DNA of 45,029 bases from Polaromonas sp. GTDB lineage: Bacteria; Pseudomonadota; Gammaproteobacteria; Burkholderiales; Burkholderiaceae_C. The translations under genes and the position numbers were made by a program. A model generated the notes under the pieces. It was not told the DNA's origin and did no database searches. It was given only the letters and a program-made list of their open reading frames with translations. Location: NCBI GenBank assembly GCA_031431575.1, contig JANPDQ010000019.1:1-45029 (forward strand). Direction: 5' to 3'. Shown here piece after piece: positions 19,339 to 29,422 of the stretch; within the stretch, counting starts at the first letter, position 1; each line of letters starts with the position of its first letter.

Positions 19339-20597
19339 GTGCATCGCGCTTGTTTAATTGGGCCCTTGGCGCACGAAAAACAGCCAGTGATGTGGTCAGT
19401 GTGGTGTTGCCCGTACGCCTGGGCGTGCAGCGTTCGGGCAGTACGCGTCCGACATCCATCACGCTGGCAGGTTTTGACCAGGCGTTGGTATGGGTCACCG
19501 TAGCGCTACTGATGTTTGGTTTGGTGATGGTGTACTCCGCGTCTATCGCTATGCCAGACAACCCAAAGTTTTCCCGCTATTCACATACTCACTTTTTAAC
19601 GCGTCACCTCTTATCGCTAACGGTAGCGGGGCTGGTAGCTTTTTTGGCGTTTCAAGTTCCTGTCGCAACTTGGGAAAAAGCCGCACCTTGGTTGTTTGTC
19701 GCGTCGCTTGTGCTGTTGATACTGGTGCTGGTGCCTTTCATAGGTAAAGGCGTCAACGGCGCACGGCGCTGGATCAGCTTGGGGTTCATGAATTTTCAGC
19801 CTTCAGAGCTGGCGAAGTTTGCGGTACTGCTGTATGCCGCTGATTACATGGTTCGCAAAATGGAGGTCAAGGAGCGCTTTTTCCGCGCTGTGATGCCTAT
19901 GGCAATCGCAATTGGCGTAGTGGGCTTGCTGCTGCTGGCAGAGCCCGATATGGGCGCGTTCATGGTGATTTCGGTCATTGCAATGGGCATCCTGTTTTTG
20001 GGCGGTGTCAATGCCCGAATGTTCTTTGTAATTGCGCTGGTGGTGGTGGTGGCTTTCGCGTTGATGGTCATGCTTAGTGACTGGCGGCGCGAGCGAATTT
20101 TTGCTTACCTCGACCCCTGGAGCGAAAAATACTCGATGGGCAAAGGCTATCAACTCTCTCATTCATTGATTGCGTTTGGTCGGGGTGAAATTTTTGGCGT
20201 GGGGCTGGGCGGCAGTATAGAAAAGCTCCATTGGCTGCCTGAGGCGCACACCGACTTTCTGATGGCAGTGATCGGCGAGGAGTTCGGATTAATTGGAGTG
20301 CTAACGGTAATTAGTCTCTTCATGTGGATGGTCCGCCGGATCATGCACATTGGACGCCAATCCATTGCGCTAGACCGACTGTTCGCCGGGCTGACAGCGC
20401 AGGGTATCGGGATCTGGATCGGGTTTCAAACCTTTATCAACATCGGCGTGAACTTGGGCGCATTGCCAACCAAGGGTTTGACGTTGCCGCTGATGAGCTA
20501 CGGGGGCTCAGCGATTTTGATGAATTTGATTTCTTTGGCGGTCGTCTTACGAATCGACTACGAGAACCGGTTGCTTATGCGCGGAGGCCGTGCATGA
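19335..20597 (+). CDS. ftsW: SEDS peptidoglycan polymerase FtsW
   Basis: [31 protein letters not shown]; GTG at 19335 with GAGGAG RBS. Confidence 0.95.
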   Translation: MSASRLFNWALGARKTASDVVSVVLPVRLGVQRSGSTRPTSITLAGFDQALVWVTVALLMFGLVMVYSASIAMPDNPKFSRYSHTHFLTRHLLSLTVAGLVAFLAFQVPVATWEKAAPWLFVASLVLLILVLVPFIGKGVNGARRWISLGFMNFQPSELAKFAVLLYAADYMVRKMEVKERFFRAVMPMAIAIGVVGLLLLAEPDMGAFMVISVIAMGILFLGGVNARMFFVIALVVVVAFALMVMLSDWRRERIFAYLDPWSEKYSMGKGYQLSHSLIAFGRGEIFGVGLGGSIEKLHWLPEAHTDFLMAVIGEEFGLIGVLTVISLFMWMVRRIMHIGRQSIALDRLFAGLTAQGIGIWIGFQTFINIGVNLGALPTKGLTLPLMSYGGSAILMNLISLAVVLRIDYENRLLMRGGRA

Positions 20598-21763
20598 CGC
20601 AGCGTGAAGCCGTGCGCCGCGACGGGCGCGCTTCCGAAGCAAGCACCGCCCCCTCGGGGGGTAGGGCAGTACACGAAGTGACAAGCGTGGGGGCTCGCGT
20701 AGCGCTAGTCATGGCTGGCGGCACGGGTGGCCATATTTTTCCGGGGTTAGCGGTAGCGCATGCTCTGCGGGACAATGGCTGGCGAGTCCATTGGCTGGGC
20801 GGCAAGGGCACTGCGGGAAACCCCAGCATGGAAAGCCAGCTGGTCCCGCCCCAAGGCTTTGCTTTTGAATCAATAGATTTTTCTGGAGTGCGCGGTAAGG
20901 GGCCCATCACCCTGGCGCTGCTGCCCGTGCGGTTGCTCAAGGCGTTTTGGCAGAGCATTCAGGTGCTGCGCCGGGTAAATCCCAGCGTGGTCATTGGACT
21001 CGGTGGCTATATCGCGTTTCCAGCCGGAATGATGAGCGTGTTGCTTGGAAAACCGCTGGTGCTGCATGAGCAAAATTCAGTTGCAGGACTGGTCAACAAG
21101 GTCTTGGCGGTGGTCGCCGACAAAGTGTTCACAGCTTTTCCAAGCGTGCTTAGAAATGGCGAGTGGATTGGCAACCCGATGCGCTCAGCCTTTACCACGC
21201 AGGCTGACCCGGGAGAGCGGCTTGCAGGCCGCACCGGGCCGTTGCGGGTCCTGGTCGTCGGTGGAAGTCTGGGCGCAAAGGCGCTCAATTCGATTGTTCC
21301 GCAAGCCTTGGCTTTGATCCCTGAATCGCAGCGCCCTGTCGTTACCCACCAAAGCGGTGCCAAACAGATTGACGAGCTGCGCGCCAACTATCGCTCGGCT
21401 GGGGTCGAGGCGACGCTCACTCCATTCATCGACGACACCGCCAGCGCCTTTGCTGATGCCGACCTGATTGTTTGCCGCGCCGGGGCCAGCACGGTCACTG
21501 AGATCGCCGCGGTCGGCGCTGCAGCGCTGTTCGTACCATTCCCATCGGCGGTAGACGACCACCAGACTACCAATGCGCGGTTTTTGGTCGATGGCGGCGG
21601 TGGCTGGCTTATTCAGCAAAAAAATTTGACGGCCGTAGTTCTTGCCGATATGCTACAAAAAACAGAGCGTCTTACACTTATAAATATTGCGCTACAGGCC
21701 AAAACAATGCGAAAAATAGATGCAACAGAGCGCCTGGTGGCACAGTGTGAGGCTTTGGCATGA
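20594..21763 (+). CDS. murG: Lipid II GlcNAc transferase MurG, with repeat-derived N-terminal extension
   Basis: [35 protein letters not shown]; ATG at 20594 overlaps ftsW stop. Confidence 0.95.
   Translation: MTQREAVRRDGRASEASTAPSGGRAVHEVTSVGARVALVMAGGTGGHIFPGLAVAHALRDNGWRVHWLGGKGTAGNPSMESQLVPPQGFAFESIDFSGVRGKGPITLALLPVRLLKAFWQSIQVLRRVNPSVVIGLGGYIAFPAGMMSVLLGKPLVLHEQNSVAGLVNKVLAVVADKVFTAFPSVLRNGEWIGNPMRSAFTTQADPGERLAGRTGPLRVLVVGGSLGAKALNSIVPQALALIPESQRPVVTHQSGAKQIDELRANYRSAGVEATLTPFIDDTASAFADADLIVCRAGASTVTEIAAVGAAALFVPFPSAVDDHQTTNARFLVDGGGGWLIQQKNLTAVVLADMLQKTERLTLINIALQAKTMRKIDATERLVAQCEALA
20619..20694 (-). repeat. Repeat family B copy 2 (in-frame inside murG 5' end)
   Basis: GCGACGGGC...GCCCCCTCGGGGGG...ACACGAAGTGACAAGCGTGGGGGC is the reverse complement of the ends of 351-441 and 31019-31091. 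Confidence 0.8.
21651..21714 (+). repeat. Motif family A copy 3 (inside murG 3' end)
   Basis: TGCTA-CAAAAAACA-GAGC-GTCTTACACTTATAAATATTGC-GCTA-CAGGCCAAAACAATGCGAAA; exact 9 and 22 spacers. Confidence 0.7.
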
Positions 21764-23193
21764 AGCACGCCATCAAACACATTCACTTTATCGGCCTGGG
21801 CGGCTCCGGCATGTCGGGCATTGCCGAGGTGTTGCACAACCTGGGCTATGTAATTTCAGGCTCTGACTTGTCTGACAGCAGCACCCTGCGGCGGCTCTCA
21901 AGCCTTGGCGTTAAGACCTTTGTCGGCCATGCGGCTGAAAATCTTGCAACTGTTGATGCGGTTGTCACATCAACAGCAGTGCAGGCCGATAACCCTGAAG
22001 TAGTTGCCGCCCGTGAAAAGCGCATTCCGGTGGTGCCGCGCGCATTGATGCTCGCTGAGCTGATGCGCCTCAAGCAAGGCATTGCCATTGCAGGTACGCA
22101 CGGCAAAACCACCACCACCAGCCTGGTAGCCAGCATTTTGGCCGAGGGCGGGCTAGACCCTACTTACGTGATTGGCGGCCGCTTGAACAGCGCTGGCGCC
22201 AATGCGAAGCTGGGCGCTGGCGACTACATCGTGGTGGAGGCAGACGAATCCGATGCGTCGTTTCTAAACCTGCTGCCAGTGATGGCAGTGGTCACCAACA
22301 TCGATGCCGACCACATGGAAACGTATGGTCATGACTTTGGCAACCTGAAAAAAGCCTTCGTCGACTTTTTGCACCGCATGCCGTTTTATGGCACCGCGAT
22401 TTTGTGCACTGACGATGCTGCAGTTCGGGAAATTGTGCCGCTGGTCACTTGCCCCATCACAAGCTACGGTTTTGGTGAAGACGCTCAAGTACGCGGCGTG
22501 AATGTACGCCACGTTGGCGGGCAAATGCACTTTACGGCGCAGCGCCGCAACGGTGTGGTGTTGCCCGATCTGGAAGTGGTGCTCAATCTGGCCGGTGAGC
22601 ACAACGTACTCAATGCACTCTCGGCCATTGCGGTTGCAGTTGAGCTCAATGTGCCTGATGCAGCTGTGCAAAAAGCACTGGCTGAGTTCAAAGGCGTTGG
22701 GCGGCGTTTCCAGAGCTACGGCGAGCTGCCGGCGCAGGGTGGCGGGCAGTTCACATTGATTGAAGACTATGGCCACCACCCGGTGGAGATGGCCGCTACG
22801 CTGGCGGCAGCGCGTGGTGCATTTCCTGGCAGGCGCTTGGTGCTGGCGTTTCAGCCGCACCGCTACAGCAGAACACGCGACTGTTTTGAAGACTTCGTCA
22901 AAGTCATTGGCTTGGCCGATGCGGTGCTTTTGTCTGAAGTTTATGCGGCGGGCGAGCAGCCCATTGTGGCCGCCGATGGACGTGCGCTTGCACGCGCCTT
23001 GCGCGTGGCGGGAAAGGTTGAGCCTGTATTCGTGGATGCAATTGACACGCTGCCCCAAGAAATTATCGACAACACCGTAGCCGGCGATGTGGTGCTCTGT
23101 ATGGGCGCTGGCTCGATTGGCGCTGTTCCGCAGAAAATGGTTGATATGCTATCGAATAGTGAGCTGCTTGCGCCCGAAAGGATTGGGCTATGA
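21760..23193 (+). CDS. murC: UDP-N-acetylmuramate--L-alanine ligase
   Basis: [37 protein letters not shown]. Confidence 0.97.
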   Translation: MKHAIKHIHFIGLGGSGMSGIAEVLHNLGYVISGSDLSDSSTLRRLSSLGVKTFVGHAAENLATVDAVVTSTAVQADNPEVVAAREKRIPVVPRALMLAELMRLKQGIAIAGTHGKTTTTSLVASILAEGGLDPTYVIGGRLNSAGANAKLGAGDYIVVEADESDASFLNLLPVMAVVTNIDADHMETYGHDFGNLKKAFVDFLHRMPFYGTAILCTDDAAVREIVPLVTCPITSYGFGEDAQVRGVNVRHVGGQMHFTAQRRNGVVLPDLEVVLNLAGEHNVLNALSAIAVAVELNVPDAAVQKALAEFKGVGRRFQSYGELPAQGGGQFTLIEDYGHHPVEMAATLAAARGAFPGRRLVLAFQPHRYSRTRDCFEDFVKVIGLADAVLLSEVYAAGEQPIVAADGRALARALRVAGKVEPVFVDAIDTLPQEIIDNTVAGDVVLCMGAGSIGAVPQKMVDMLSNSELLAPERIGL

Positions 23194-23210
23194 GCCAATT
23201 TGACTCTAAA
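23147..23210 (+). repeat. Motif family A copy 4 (murC/ddl junction)
   Basis: TGCTA-TCGAATAGT-GAGC-TGCTTGCGCCCGAAAGGATTGG-GCTA-TGAGCCAATTTGACTCTAAA. Confidence 0.85.
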
Positions 23211-24167
23211 TTTGGCAAGGTGGCTGTGCTGATGGGTGGAAAGTCCGCAGAGCGCGAAGTCTCCCTCATGTCAGGAAACGGCGTGCTTCAGGCACTGCGT
23301 TCGAGCGGAGTTGATGCGTATGCGTTTGATCCACATGAGCGTGACATGGGGGCGCTTAAATCAGAAGGCTTTACGCGTTGCTTCATCGCGCTGCACGGCC
23401 GCTTCGGTGAAGACGGCACGGTGCAAGGTGCGCTTGAGCTCATGGGCATACCTTACACCGGCTCGGGCGTGATGGCGTCGAGCATTGCGATTGACAAGGT
23501 CATGACCAAGCGCGTTTTGGTGTCTGGCGGCTTGCCTATGCCCAAGCATGTGCTGCTGACCCGGGGAAGTTTTAGTGCTGCTGATGTTGACGCTGCGGTT
23601 GATGCACTCGGCCTGCCGCTGATTGTTAAACCATCCAGGGAAGGCTCGTCGATTGGCCTGAGCAAAGTACTTACCCGCGCCGAAATGGCAACTGCCGTCG
23701 ACCAAGCAGCCACCATGGACGCAGACGTTCTGTGTGAGCAATTTATCGACGGCGATGAGGTAACGTGCCCGGTCCTTGGAACAGGCGATACGGCTTGTGC
23801 ATTGCCGGTGATTCGTATCGTTGCATCCGGCGGCAACTACGACTACCAAAACAAGTACTTCACAGACACCACCCAATACTTGGTGCCCTGCGGGCTGCCC
23901 GACGGCGAAGAGGCCGCTATTCAGGCACTGGTGCTCAAGGCTTACCGATCGCTCGGCTGCCGTGGCTGGGCTAGAGCCGACGTGATGATTGACAAGTTAA
24001 CGCGCAAACCTTATCTGCTGGAGGTCAATACGTCGCCCGGCATGACGAGCCACTCGCTGGTGCCCATGTCTGCGCGCGCCAGCGGCATGTCTTATGAAGC
24101 GCTTTGCCTGAAAATTCTCAGCCTGGCCGCACTTGACTACGAAAAAAGCGACGGAGCTGCGCCATGA
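23190..24167 (+). CDS. ddlB: D-alanine--D-alanine ligase
   Basis: [38 protein letters not shown]. Confidence 0.96.
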   Translation: MSQFDSKFGKVAVLMGGKSAEREVSLMSGNGVLQALRSSGVDAYAFDPHERDMGALKSEGFTRCFIALHGRFGEDGTVQGALELMGIPYTGSGVMASSIAIDKVMTKRVLVSGGLPMPKHVLLTRGSFSAADVDAAVDALGLPLIVKPSREGSSIGLSKVLTRAEMATAVDQAATMDADVLCEQFIDGDEVTCPVLGTGDTACALPVIRIVASGGNYDYQNKYFTDTTQYLVPCGLPDGEEAAIQALVLKAYRSLGCRGWARADVMIDKLTRKPYLLEVNTSPGMTSHSLVPMSARASGMSYEALCLKILSLAALDYEKSDGAAP

Positions 24168-24967
24168 CACGTGCGCTGCCAATGCCCGCTCAATTGCCGC
24201 CAGACATCAAGCTGATGAATCTGGTGACGCTGCTGTGCGGCTTGGCATTTGCAGCGATGGCTCTGGCAGTAATGGTGACGTGGCTGATGCGTCAATCGCT
24301 TTTTAACTTAAGCGCTATAACTGTGCAAGGCGACATGACCCATAACAATGCACTGACGCTGCGGGCCAACGTGGCTCCGCGCCTGACGGGTAATTTTTTC
24401 ACGGTAGACCTGACCCATGCCCGTACGGTGTTTGAGTCTGCACCCTGGGTGCGCCGAGCCGTGGTGCAGCGCCAGTTTCCTGACCGCCTCAAAGTCGTGC
24501 TGCAAGAGCACCGTGCCGAGGCGTTTTGGGGGCCTGAAGGCGATACGCGTCTGCTCAATAACTTTGGTGAAGTGTTTGAGGCCAACCAGGATGAGGTCGA
24601 AGCCGTTGATCTGCCGCAGCTCAATGGACCAGCCGGTCAGGCGCTGCTGGTGCTCGATGGTTACAGAAAGCTGGCCCCGCACTTTGAAAAAATCGACGCG
24701 CTGCTGGAGCGCCTTGAGCTGACCAGCCAGGGGAGCTGGCGCGCCAAGCTGGACAGCGGCGCCGAGCTGGAGTTGGGCCAAGGCTCGGTTGACGACATTG
24801 ACGTCCGTACGCAGCGCTTTCTCAGCACACTTACCCAGGTCTCGTCCCGATACGGCAGAGACCTTGAATCAGCCGACTTGCGCTACAGCAACGGCTATGC
24901 ACTTAAATTGCGCGGCGTCACCACTGTCAACGCAAGCGACAAAGAAGACAAGAAAGTGAAAAGGTAA
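24164..24967 (+). CDS. ftsQ: Cell division protein FtsQ
   Basis: One TM helix, POTRA domain ([14 protein letters not shown]), DLRYSNGYA. Confidence 0.93.
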   Translation: MTRALPMPAQLPPDIKLMNLVTLLCGLAFAAMALAVMVTWLMRQSLFNLSAITVQGDMTHNNALTLRANVAPRLTGNFFTVDLTHARTVFESAPWVRRAVVQRQFPDRLKVVLQEHRAEAFWGPEGDTRLLNNFGEVFEANQDEVEAVDLPQLNGPAGQALLVLDGYRKLAPHFEKIDALLERLELTSQGSWRAKLDSGAELELGQGSVDDIDVRTQRFLSTLTQVSSRYGRDLESADLRYSNGYALKLRGVTTVNASDKEDKKVKR

Positions 24968-24971
24968 AGCT

Positions 24972-26201
24972 ATGGCCAAAGAATACAAAGACTTGGTGGT
25001 GGGATTGGACATTGGCACCAGCAAGGTTATGGTGGTGGTTGCGGAAGTAATGCCCGGTGGTGAGCTCAAGCTGGCAGGCCTGGGCATTGCTGCCAGCAAC
25101 GGCCTCAAGCGCGGCGTGGTGGTCAATATTGATGCGACAGTGCAGAGTATTCAGCAGGCATTGAAAGAAGCCGAGCTGATGGCAGATTGCAAGATTGCGC
25201 GCGTGTACACCGGCATCACCGGCAGCCATATTCGCGGGATTAATTCAAGCGGCATGGTGGCGGTAAAAGACAAGGAAGTCACGCAGGCCGACGTTGCCCG
25301 CGTGATTGAAACTGCCAAAGCAATCAACATTTCAACCGATCAGCGGCTGCTGCTGGTGGAGCCGCAAGAGTTTGTGATTGACGGGCAGGATGTACGCGAG
25401 CCCATCGGGATGAGCGGTATCCGGCTGGAGGCCAAAGTTCATATAGTCACCGGCGCACAAAGCGCTGCTGAAAACATCATCAAATGCGTACGGCGCTGCG
25501 GCCTCGAAGTTGACCAGCTGATGTTGAATCCGCTGGCATCAAGCCTGGCGGTGCTAACACAGGACGAGCAGGAGCTGGGTGTGGCGTTGGTAGACATAGG
25601 CGCAGGTACCACCGACGTAGCGATATTTACCGGCGGTGCCATCCGCCACACGGCAGTGATTCCAATCGCCGGGGATTTGATCACCAGCGATATCGCCATG
25701 GCGCTACGCACACCCACCAAAGACGCAGAAGATATCAAGGTAGAAAGCGGCTACGCCAAGCAGTTGCTGGCCGACCCCGACACGCAGGTTGAAGTGCCAG
25801 GCCTGGGCGACCGCGCGCCTCGCCTCCTCAGCAAGCAGGCCCTTGCGGGTGTGATTGAGCCGCGCATTGAAGAAATTTACCAACTGGTGCAGCAGGTCAT
25901 TCGTGAATCTGGCTACGAGGAAGTGCTGTCGTCGGGCATCGTCATTACTGGCGGCAGCGCCGTGATGCCCGGCATGGTCGAGCTGGGTGAAGATATTTTT
26001 TTAAAGCCGGTGCGGCGCGGAATTCCGCGCTACTCAAGTTCACTTTACGACATGGTTGCGCAAGCGAGAGCCGCCACGGTAATGGGCCTGTTGGAAGAAG
26101 CCCGCCTTGCCCGAATGCGCGGCTACAAGGTGTCGCAAAAAGCGGGCAGCGTACACAACGCTTTTGGGCGTGTCAAAGACTGGTTTGTAGGTAACTTCTG
26201 A
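24972..26201 (+). CDS. ftsA: Cell division protein FtsA
   Basis: GLDIGTSK, VDIGAGTT, TGGSA, amphipathic C-terminal helix. Confidence 0.97.
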   Translation: MAKEYKDLVVGLDIGTSKVMVVVAEVMPGGELKLAGLGIAASNGLKRGVVVNIDATVQSIQQALKEAELMADCKIARVYTGITGSHIRGINSSGMVAVKDKEVTQADVARVIETAKAINISTDQRLLLVEPQEFVIDGQDVREPIGMSGIRLEAKVHIVTGAQSAAENIIKCVRRCGLEVDQLMLNPLASSLAVLTQDEQELGVALVDIGAGTTDVAIFTGGAIRHTAVIPIAGDLITSDIAMALRTPTKDAEDIKVESGYAKQLLADPDTQVEVPGLGDRAPRLLSKQALAGVIEPRIEEIYQLVQQVIRESGYEEVLSSGIVITGGSAVMPGMVELGEDIFLKPVRRGIPRYSSSLYDMVAQARAATVMGLLEEARLARMRGYKVSQKAGSVHNAFGRVKDWFVGNF

Positions 26202-26354
26202 TGAGGCCCTTATGAAACACTACCCACCTTTTGTTCCTACTGCACCGCCACACACCCGGTCAGGAGGCGCTGATCCGCCTTCATAAAAAACCACCCAAAA
26301 CACAAAACGATTTTTTTTAGGCAACTGCAATTTAACTGAAACAGGAGGCTCCCC

Positions 26355-27590
26355 ATGAGCATCGAAATGATTGAAATCGAAGAGTTCAACCAAGGCACAC
26401 AAATCAAGGTGATTGGTGTCGGCGGCGGCGGCGGCAACGCTGTCGGCCACATGATTGCGTGCGGTGTGCAGGGCGTAGAGTTCATCTGCGCCAACACCGA
26501 TGCGCAAGCTCTCACGCGTGGTAGCGCGCACAAAACCATTCAGTTGGGCGGCAGCGGGCTGGGTGCAGGCAGCAAGCCAGACAAAGGCCGCGATGCAGCA
26601 GAGATGGCGGTCGACGACATTCGCAGCGCTATTGATGGTGCGCACATGCTGTTCATCACCGCAGGTATGGGCGGCGGTACCGGCACGGGTGCAGCACCCG
26701 TGATTGCTCGCATCGCCAAAGAGATGGGAATTTTGACGGTAGGTGTTGTTACCAAGCCGTTCGAGTTTGAAGGCGGCCGCCGCATGACGAATGCCGATTT
26801 GGGCCTGGCTGAACTTGAAGCCAACGTTGACTCACTGATCGTAGTGCTCAATGAAAAGCTGCTGGAAGTACTCGGCGACGAAGTCACGCAGGATGAGGCG
26901 TTTGCGCATGCCAACGACGTGCTGAAAAACGCCGTTGGGGGTATTGCAGAAATCATCAACGAGTACGGTAACGTCAATGTCGACTTTGAAGACGTGCGCA
27001 CTGTAATGGGTGAGCCTGGTAAAGCCATGATGGGCACTGCAGTGGCCAGCGGACCAGACCGCGCCCGTATCGCGGCTGAGCAGGCGGTGGCTTGCCCACT
27101 GCTTGAAGGCATTGATTTGTCTGGCGCCAAAGGTGTACTGGTGTTGGTGACCGCGGCCAAAGGTTCGCTCAAACTCAGCGAGTCCAAGCTGGCAATGAAC
27201 ACCATTCGCGCTTATGCGTCGCCCGATGCGCACGTGATTTATGGTGCGGCGTACGACGACAAGCTGGGTGAAGACATTCGCGTGACGGTGGTGGCCACGG
27301 GCCTCAGCCGCCAGGGCGTGCGCCGCCATGCGCCGCCACTGCAAGTGCTGCGTACCGGAACCGATAACGTGCCGTTCAATGTTCCAACGCTGAACGCAGT
27401 AGCAGGCATGGGCCATTCTGCGCAGCCGTCGATGGGTTCAGGTTCAGGCCAGCCAGACTACGGCAACATGTCTGTGCCAAGCGTGTGGCGAACCAACCGC
27501 ACGCAGGCGGCTGCCAAGGTAGATGCGCTGGCGTCTGGCGGCATGGATGATTTTGAGATACCTGCGTTCCTGAGAAAACAGGCTGACTGA
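26355..27590 (+). CDS. ftsZ: Cell division protein FtsZ
   Basis: GGGGGN, GGGTGTG tubulin signature, NVDFED, C-terminal EIPAFLRKQAD; AGGAGG RBS. Confidence 0.99.
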   Translation: MSIEMIEIEEFNQGTQIKVIGVGGGGGNAVGHMIACGVQGVEFICANTDAQALTRGSAHKTIQLGGSGLGAGSKPDKGRDAAEMAVDDIRSAIDGAHMLFITAGMGGGTGTGAAPVIARIAKEMGILTVGVVTKPFEFEGGRRMTNADLGLAELEANVDSLIVVLNEKLLEVLGDEVTQDEAFAHANDVLKNAVGGIAEIINEYGNVNVDFEDVRTVMGEPGKAMMGTAVASGPDRARIAAEQAVACPLLEGIDLSGAKGVLVLVTAAKGSLKLSESKLAMNTIRAYASPDAHVIYGAAYDDKLGEDIRVTVVATGLSRQGVRRHAPPLQVLRTGTDNVPFNVPTLNAVAGMGHSAQPSMGSGSGQPDYGNMSVPSVWRTNRTQAAAKVDALASGGMDDFEIPAFLRKQAD

Positions 27591-27598
27591 TAGTCAGA

Positions 27599-27629
27599 CC
27601 ACGCCTTCTGCCAAAGGCAGAAGGCGTGG
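27599..27629. terminator. Perfect 14-bp hairpin after ftsZ (terminator-like or mRNA-stabilising)
   Basis: CCACGCCTTCTGCC-AAA-GGCAGAAGGCGTGG; no U tract follows it. Confidence 0.5.
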
Positions 27630-27666
27630 AAAACACTGGGCATTCAGGAAAACTTAAACTATCGAT

Positions 27667-28590
27667 ATGCTTGCCCAACGAACCCTCAAAACACTCACCA
27701 AAGCAGTAGGGGTTGGCCTGCACAGCGGCCAGCGCGTGGAACTCACTCTGCGGCCTGCTGCGGTAGACACTGGCATCGTTTTTCGCCGGGTTGATCTACC
27801 GCAGACGGTGGATATTACGGTGTCGGCAACCGCAGTTACAGACACTCGCCTGGCTTCAACCATTTCAAACGGTAGCGCCAAAGTCTTAACGGTTGAACAC
27901 CTGATGTCAGCCTGCGCGGGCTTGGGCATTGACAACCTTTACGTGGACATCACAGCCGAAGAGGTTCCCATTCTCGATGGCTCGGCTTCATCGTTTGTAT
28001 TTTTATTGCAATCGGCAGGCATCGAACTGCAAAACGCCGCCAAGCGCTTTGTCAGGGTTTTAAAGCCGGTTGAAGTGCGTGAAGGCGAAGGCGCCGCCAC
28101 CAAATGGGCGCGCTTGACGCCTTACGAGGGCTACAAGCTCAGTTTTGAAATCGAATTTGACCACCCGGCAGTTGATTCAACGGGTCAGTGCGTTGAATTT
28201 GACATGGGCTCAGGCTCCTACACCCGCGACATCGCCAGAGCCCGCACCTTCGGCTTTACCAAAGACGTTGAAATGATGCGCGCCAATGGCCTGGCGATGG
28301 GTGGTGGCCTGGACAACGCCATCGTGATGGACGACTACAAAGTACTCAACACCGAAGGCCTGCGCTACAACGACGAGTTTGTAAAACACAAAATCTTGGA
28401 CGCCATGGGCGATTTGCATTTGCTGGGTAAGCCGCTGCTGGCGGCGTACAGTGCGTTTCGCTCAGGCCATGCGCTCAACAACAAGCTGCTCAGGGAGCTA
28501 CTGTCGCGCCCAGATGCTTTTGAAGTCGTCACGTTCGATGATGAAAAGCGCGCACCCGAAGGCTTTGCCACGTTGGCGCGTGCCTGGTAA
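27667..28590 (+). CDS. lpxC: UDP-3-O-acyl-GlcNAc deacetylase
   Basis: [32 protein letters not shown]. Confidence 0.98.
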   Translation: MLAQRTLKTLTKAVGVGLHSGQRVELTLRPAAVDTGIVFRRVDLPQTVDITVSATAVTDTRLASTISNGSAKVLTVEHLMSACAGLGIDNLYVDITAEEVPILDGSASSFVFLLQSAGIELQNAAKRFVRVLKPVEVREGEGAATKWARLTPYEGYKLSFEIEFDHPAVDSTGQCVEFDMGSGSYTRDIARARTFGFTKDVEMMRANGLAMGGGLDNAIVMDDYKVLNTEGLRYNDEFVKHKILDAMGDLHLLGKPLLAAYSAFRSGHALNNKLLRELLSRPDAFEVVTFDDEKRAPEGFATLARAW

Positions 28591-28604
28591 GCAAGGAATA
28601 AATC

Positions 28605-28781
28605 GTGCTTTTGTTTCGCTGGCTGGTTTTGCTAATGTTGCTGGGTTCGGTGGTGTGCTTCATGTTCTATGCTGGCACCGGGCAAGAACGATTTAAGCGC
28701 TATGGGCTTATCCTCTTGAAATGGACCTTGATTGCAGGGCTGGGGTTTTTTGGCGTGCTAATTTTGGAGCGCATTGCTTGA
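28605..28781 (+). CDS. Small 58-aa two-TM membrane protein (not in ORF track)
   Basis: GTG start after AAGGA RBS; MLLFRWLVLLMLLGSVVCFMFYAGTGQERFKRYGLILLKWTLIAGLGFFGVLILERIA; fills the lpxC-ruvC gap. Confidence 0.75.
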   Translation: MLLFRWLVLLMLLGSVVCFMFYAGTGQERFKRYGLILLKWTLIAGLGFFGVLILERIA

Positions 28782-28807
28782 GTGCTCGATTTCCGAAAAA
28801 CCTGTAT

Positions 28808-29356
28808 CTAGTAGCTTCGACCCGCCTTGTACGCTGCGCTCGACTTGGGTTTGAGCGACGTAGCCGCAGCCAAAATTGCGCTCGACCTGCCCGCATGCGC
28901 GTGCGTGATCGCCAGCCCCAGCGCATCCGCGGCATCTTTGCCTGGTAGGGCCGGCAACTTGAGCAGGCGCATCACCATTTGCTGGACCTCTGCTTTGCCT
29001 GCCTTGCCGTAGCCAGCAATCGCTTTTTTCAACTGCAGAGCTGTGTATTCCGCCACCGGTAAATCGCAAGACACCAGCGCCGTGATGCAAGCTCCTCGGG
29101 CTTGCCCGAGTAGCAGTGTGCCCTGTGGGTTGACGTTGACGAAAACAATCTCGACGCTGGAGCACTCTGGCTGGTAGCGCTCCACCACTTCCCGTATTCC
29201 GTCAAACAACACCTTCAAACGGGCAGGTAAATCACCGCGATCCAGATGCGTGGTTTTAATCGTACCGCTGGCAACATAGCGCAGGTTCTGACCGTCAACA
29301 TCGACTACGCCGAAACCAGTAATTTGTAGTCCAGGGTCAATGCCGAGTATACGCAT
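28808..29356 (-). CDS. ruvC: Holliday junction resolvase RuvC
   Basis: [19 protein letters not shown]. Confidence 0.97.
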   Translation of the reverse strand: MRILGIDPGLQITGFGVVDVDGQNLRYVASGTIKTTHLDRGDLPARLKVLFDGIREVVERYQPECSSVEIVFVNVNPQGTLLLGQARGACITALVSCDLPVAEYTALQLKKAIAGYGKAGKAEVQQMVMRLLKLPALPGKDAADALGLAITHAHAGRSSAILAAATSLKPKSSAAYKAGRSY

Positions 29357-29357
29357 A

Positions 29358-29421
29358 CGCTATTAAATTAGTAGCTTTTTACGCGCGCATTATGCGCGCT
29401 ACAAACTGATTTGAACACTAA
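29358..29421 (+). repeat. Motif family A copy 5 (occupies essentially the whole cdsA-like/ruvC spacer)
   Basis: CGCTA-TTAAATTAG-TAGC-TTTTTACGCGCGCATTATGCGC-GCTA-CAAACTGATTTGAACACTAA. Confidence 0.82.
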
Positions 29422-29422
29422 T

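Noticed and set aside
28721-28948. 75-aa ORFs listed near the lpxC/ruvC gap
   Set aside because: They overlap ruvC; the 28605-28781 frame has the RBS and coherent TM pattern.
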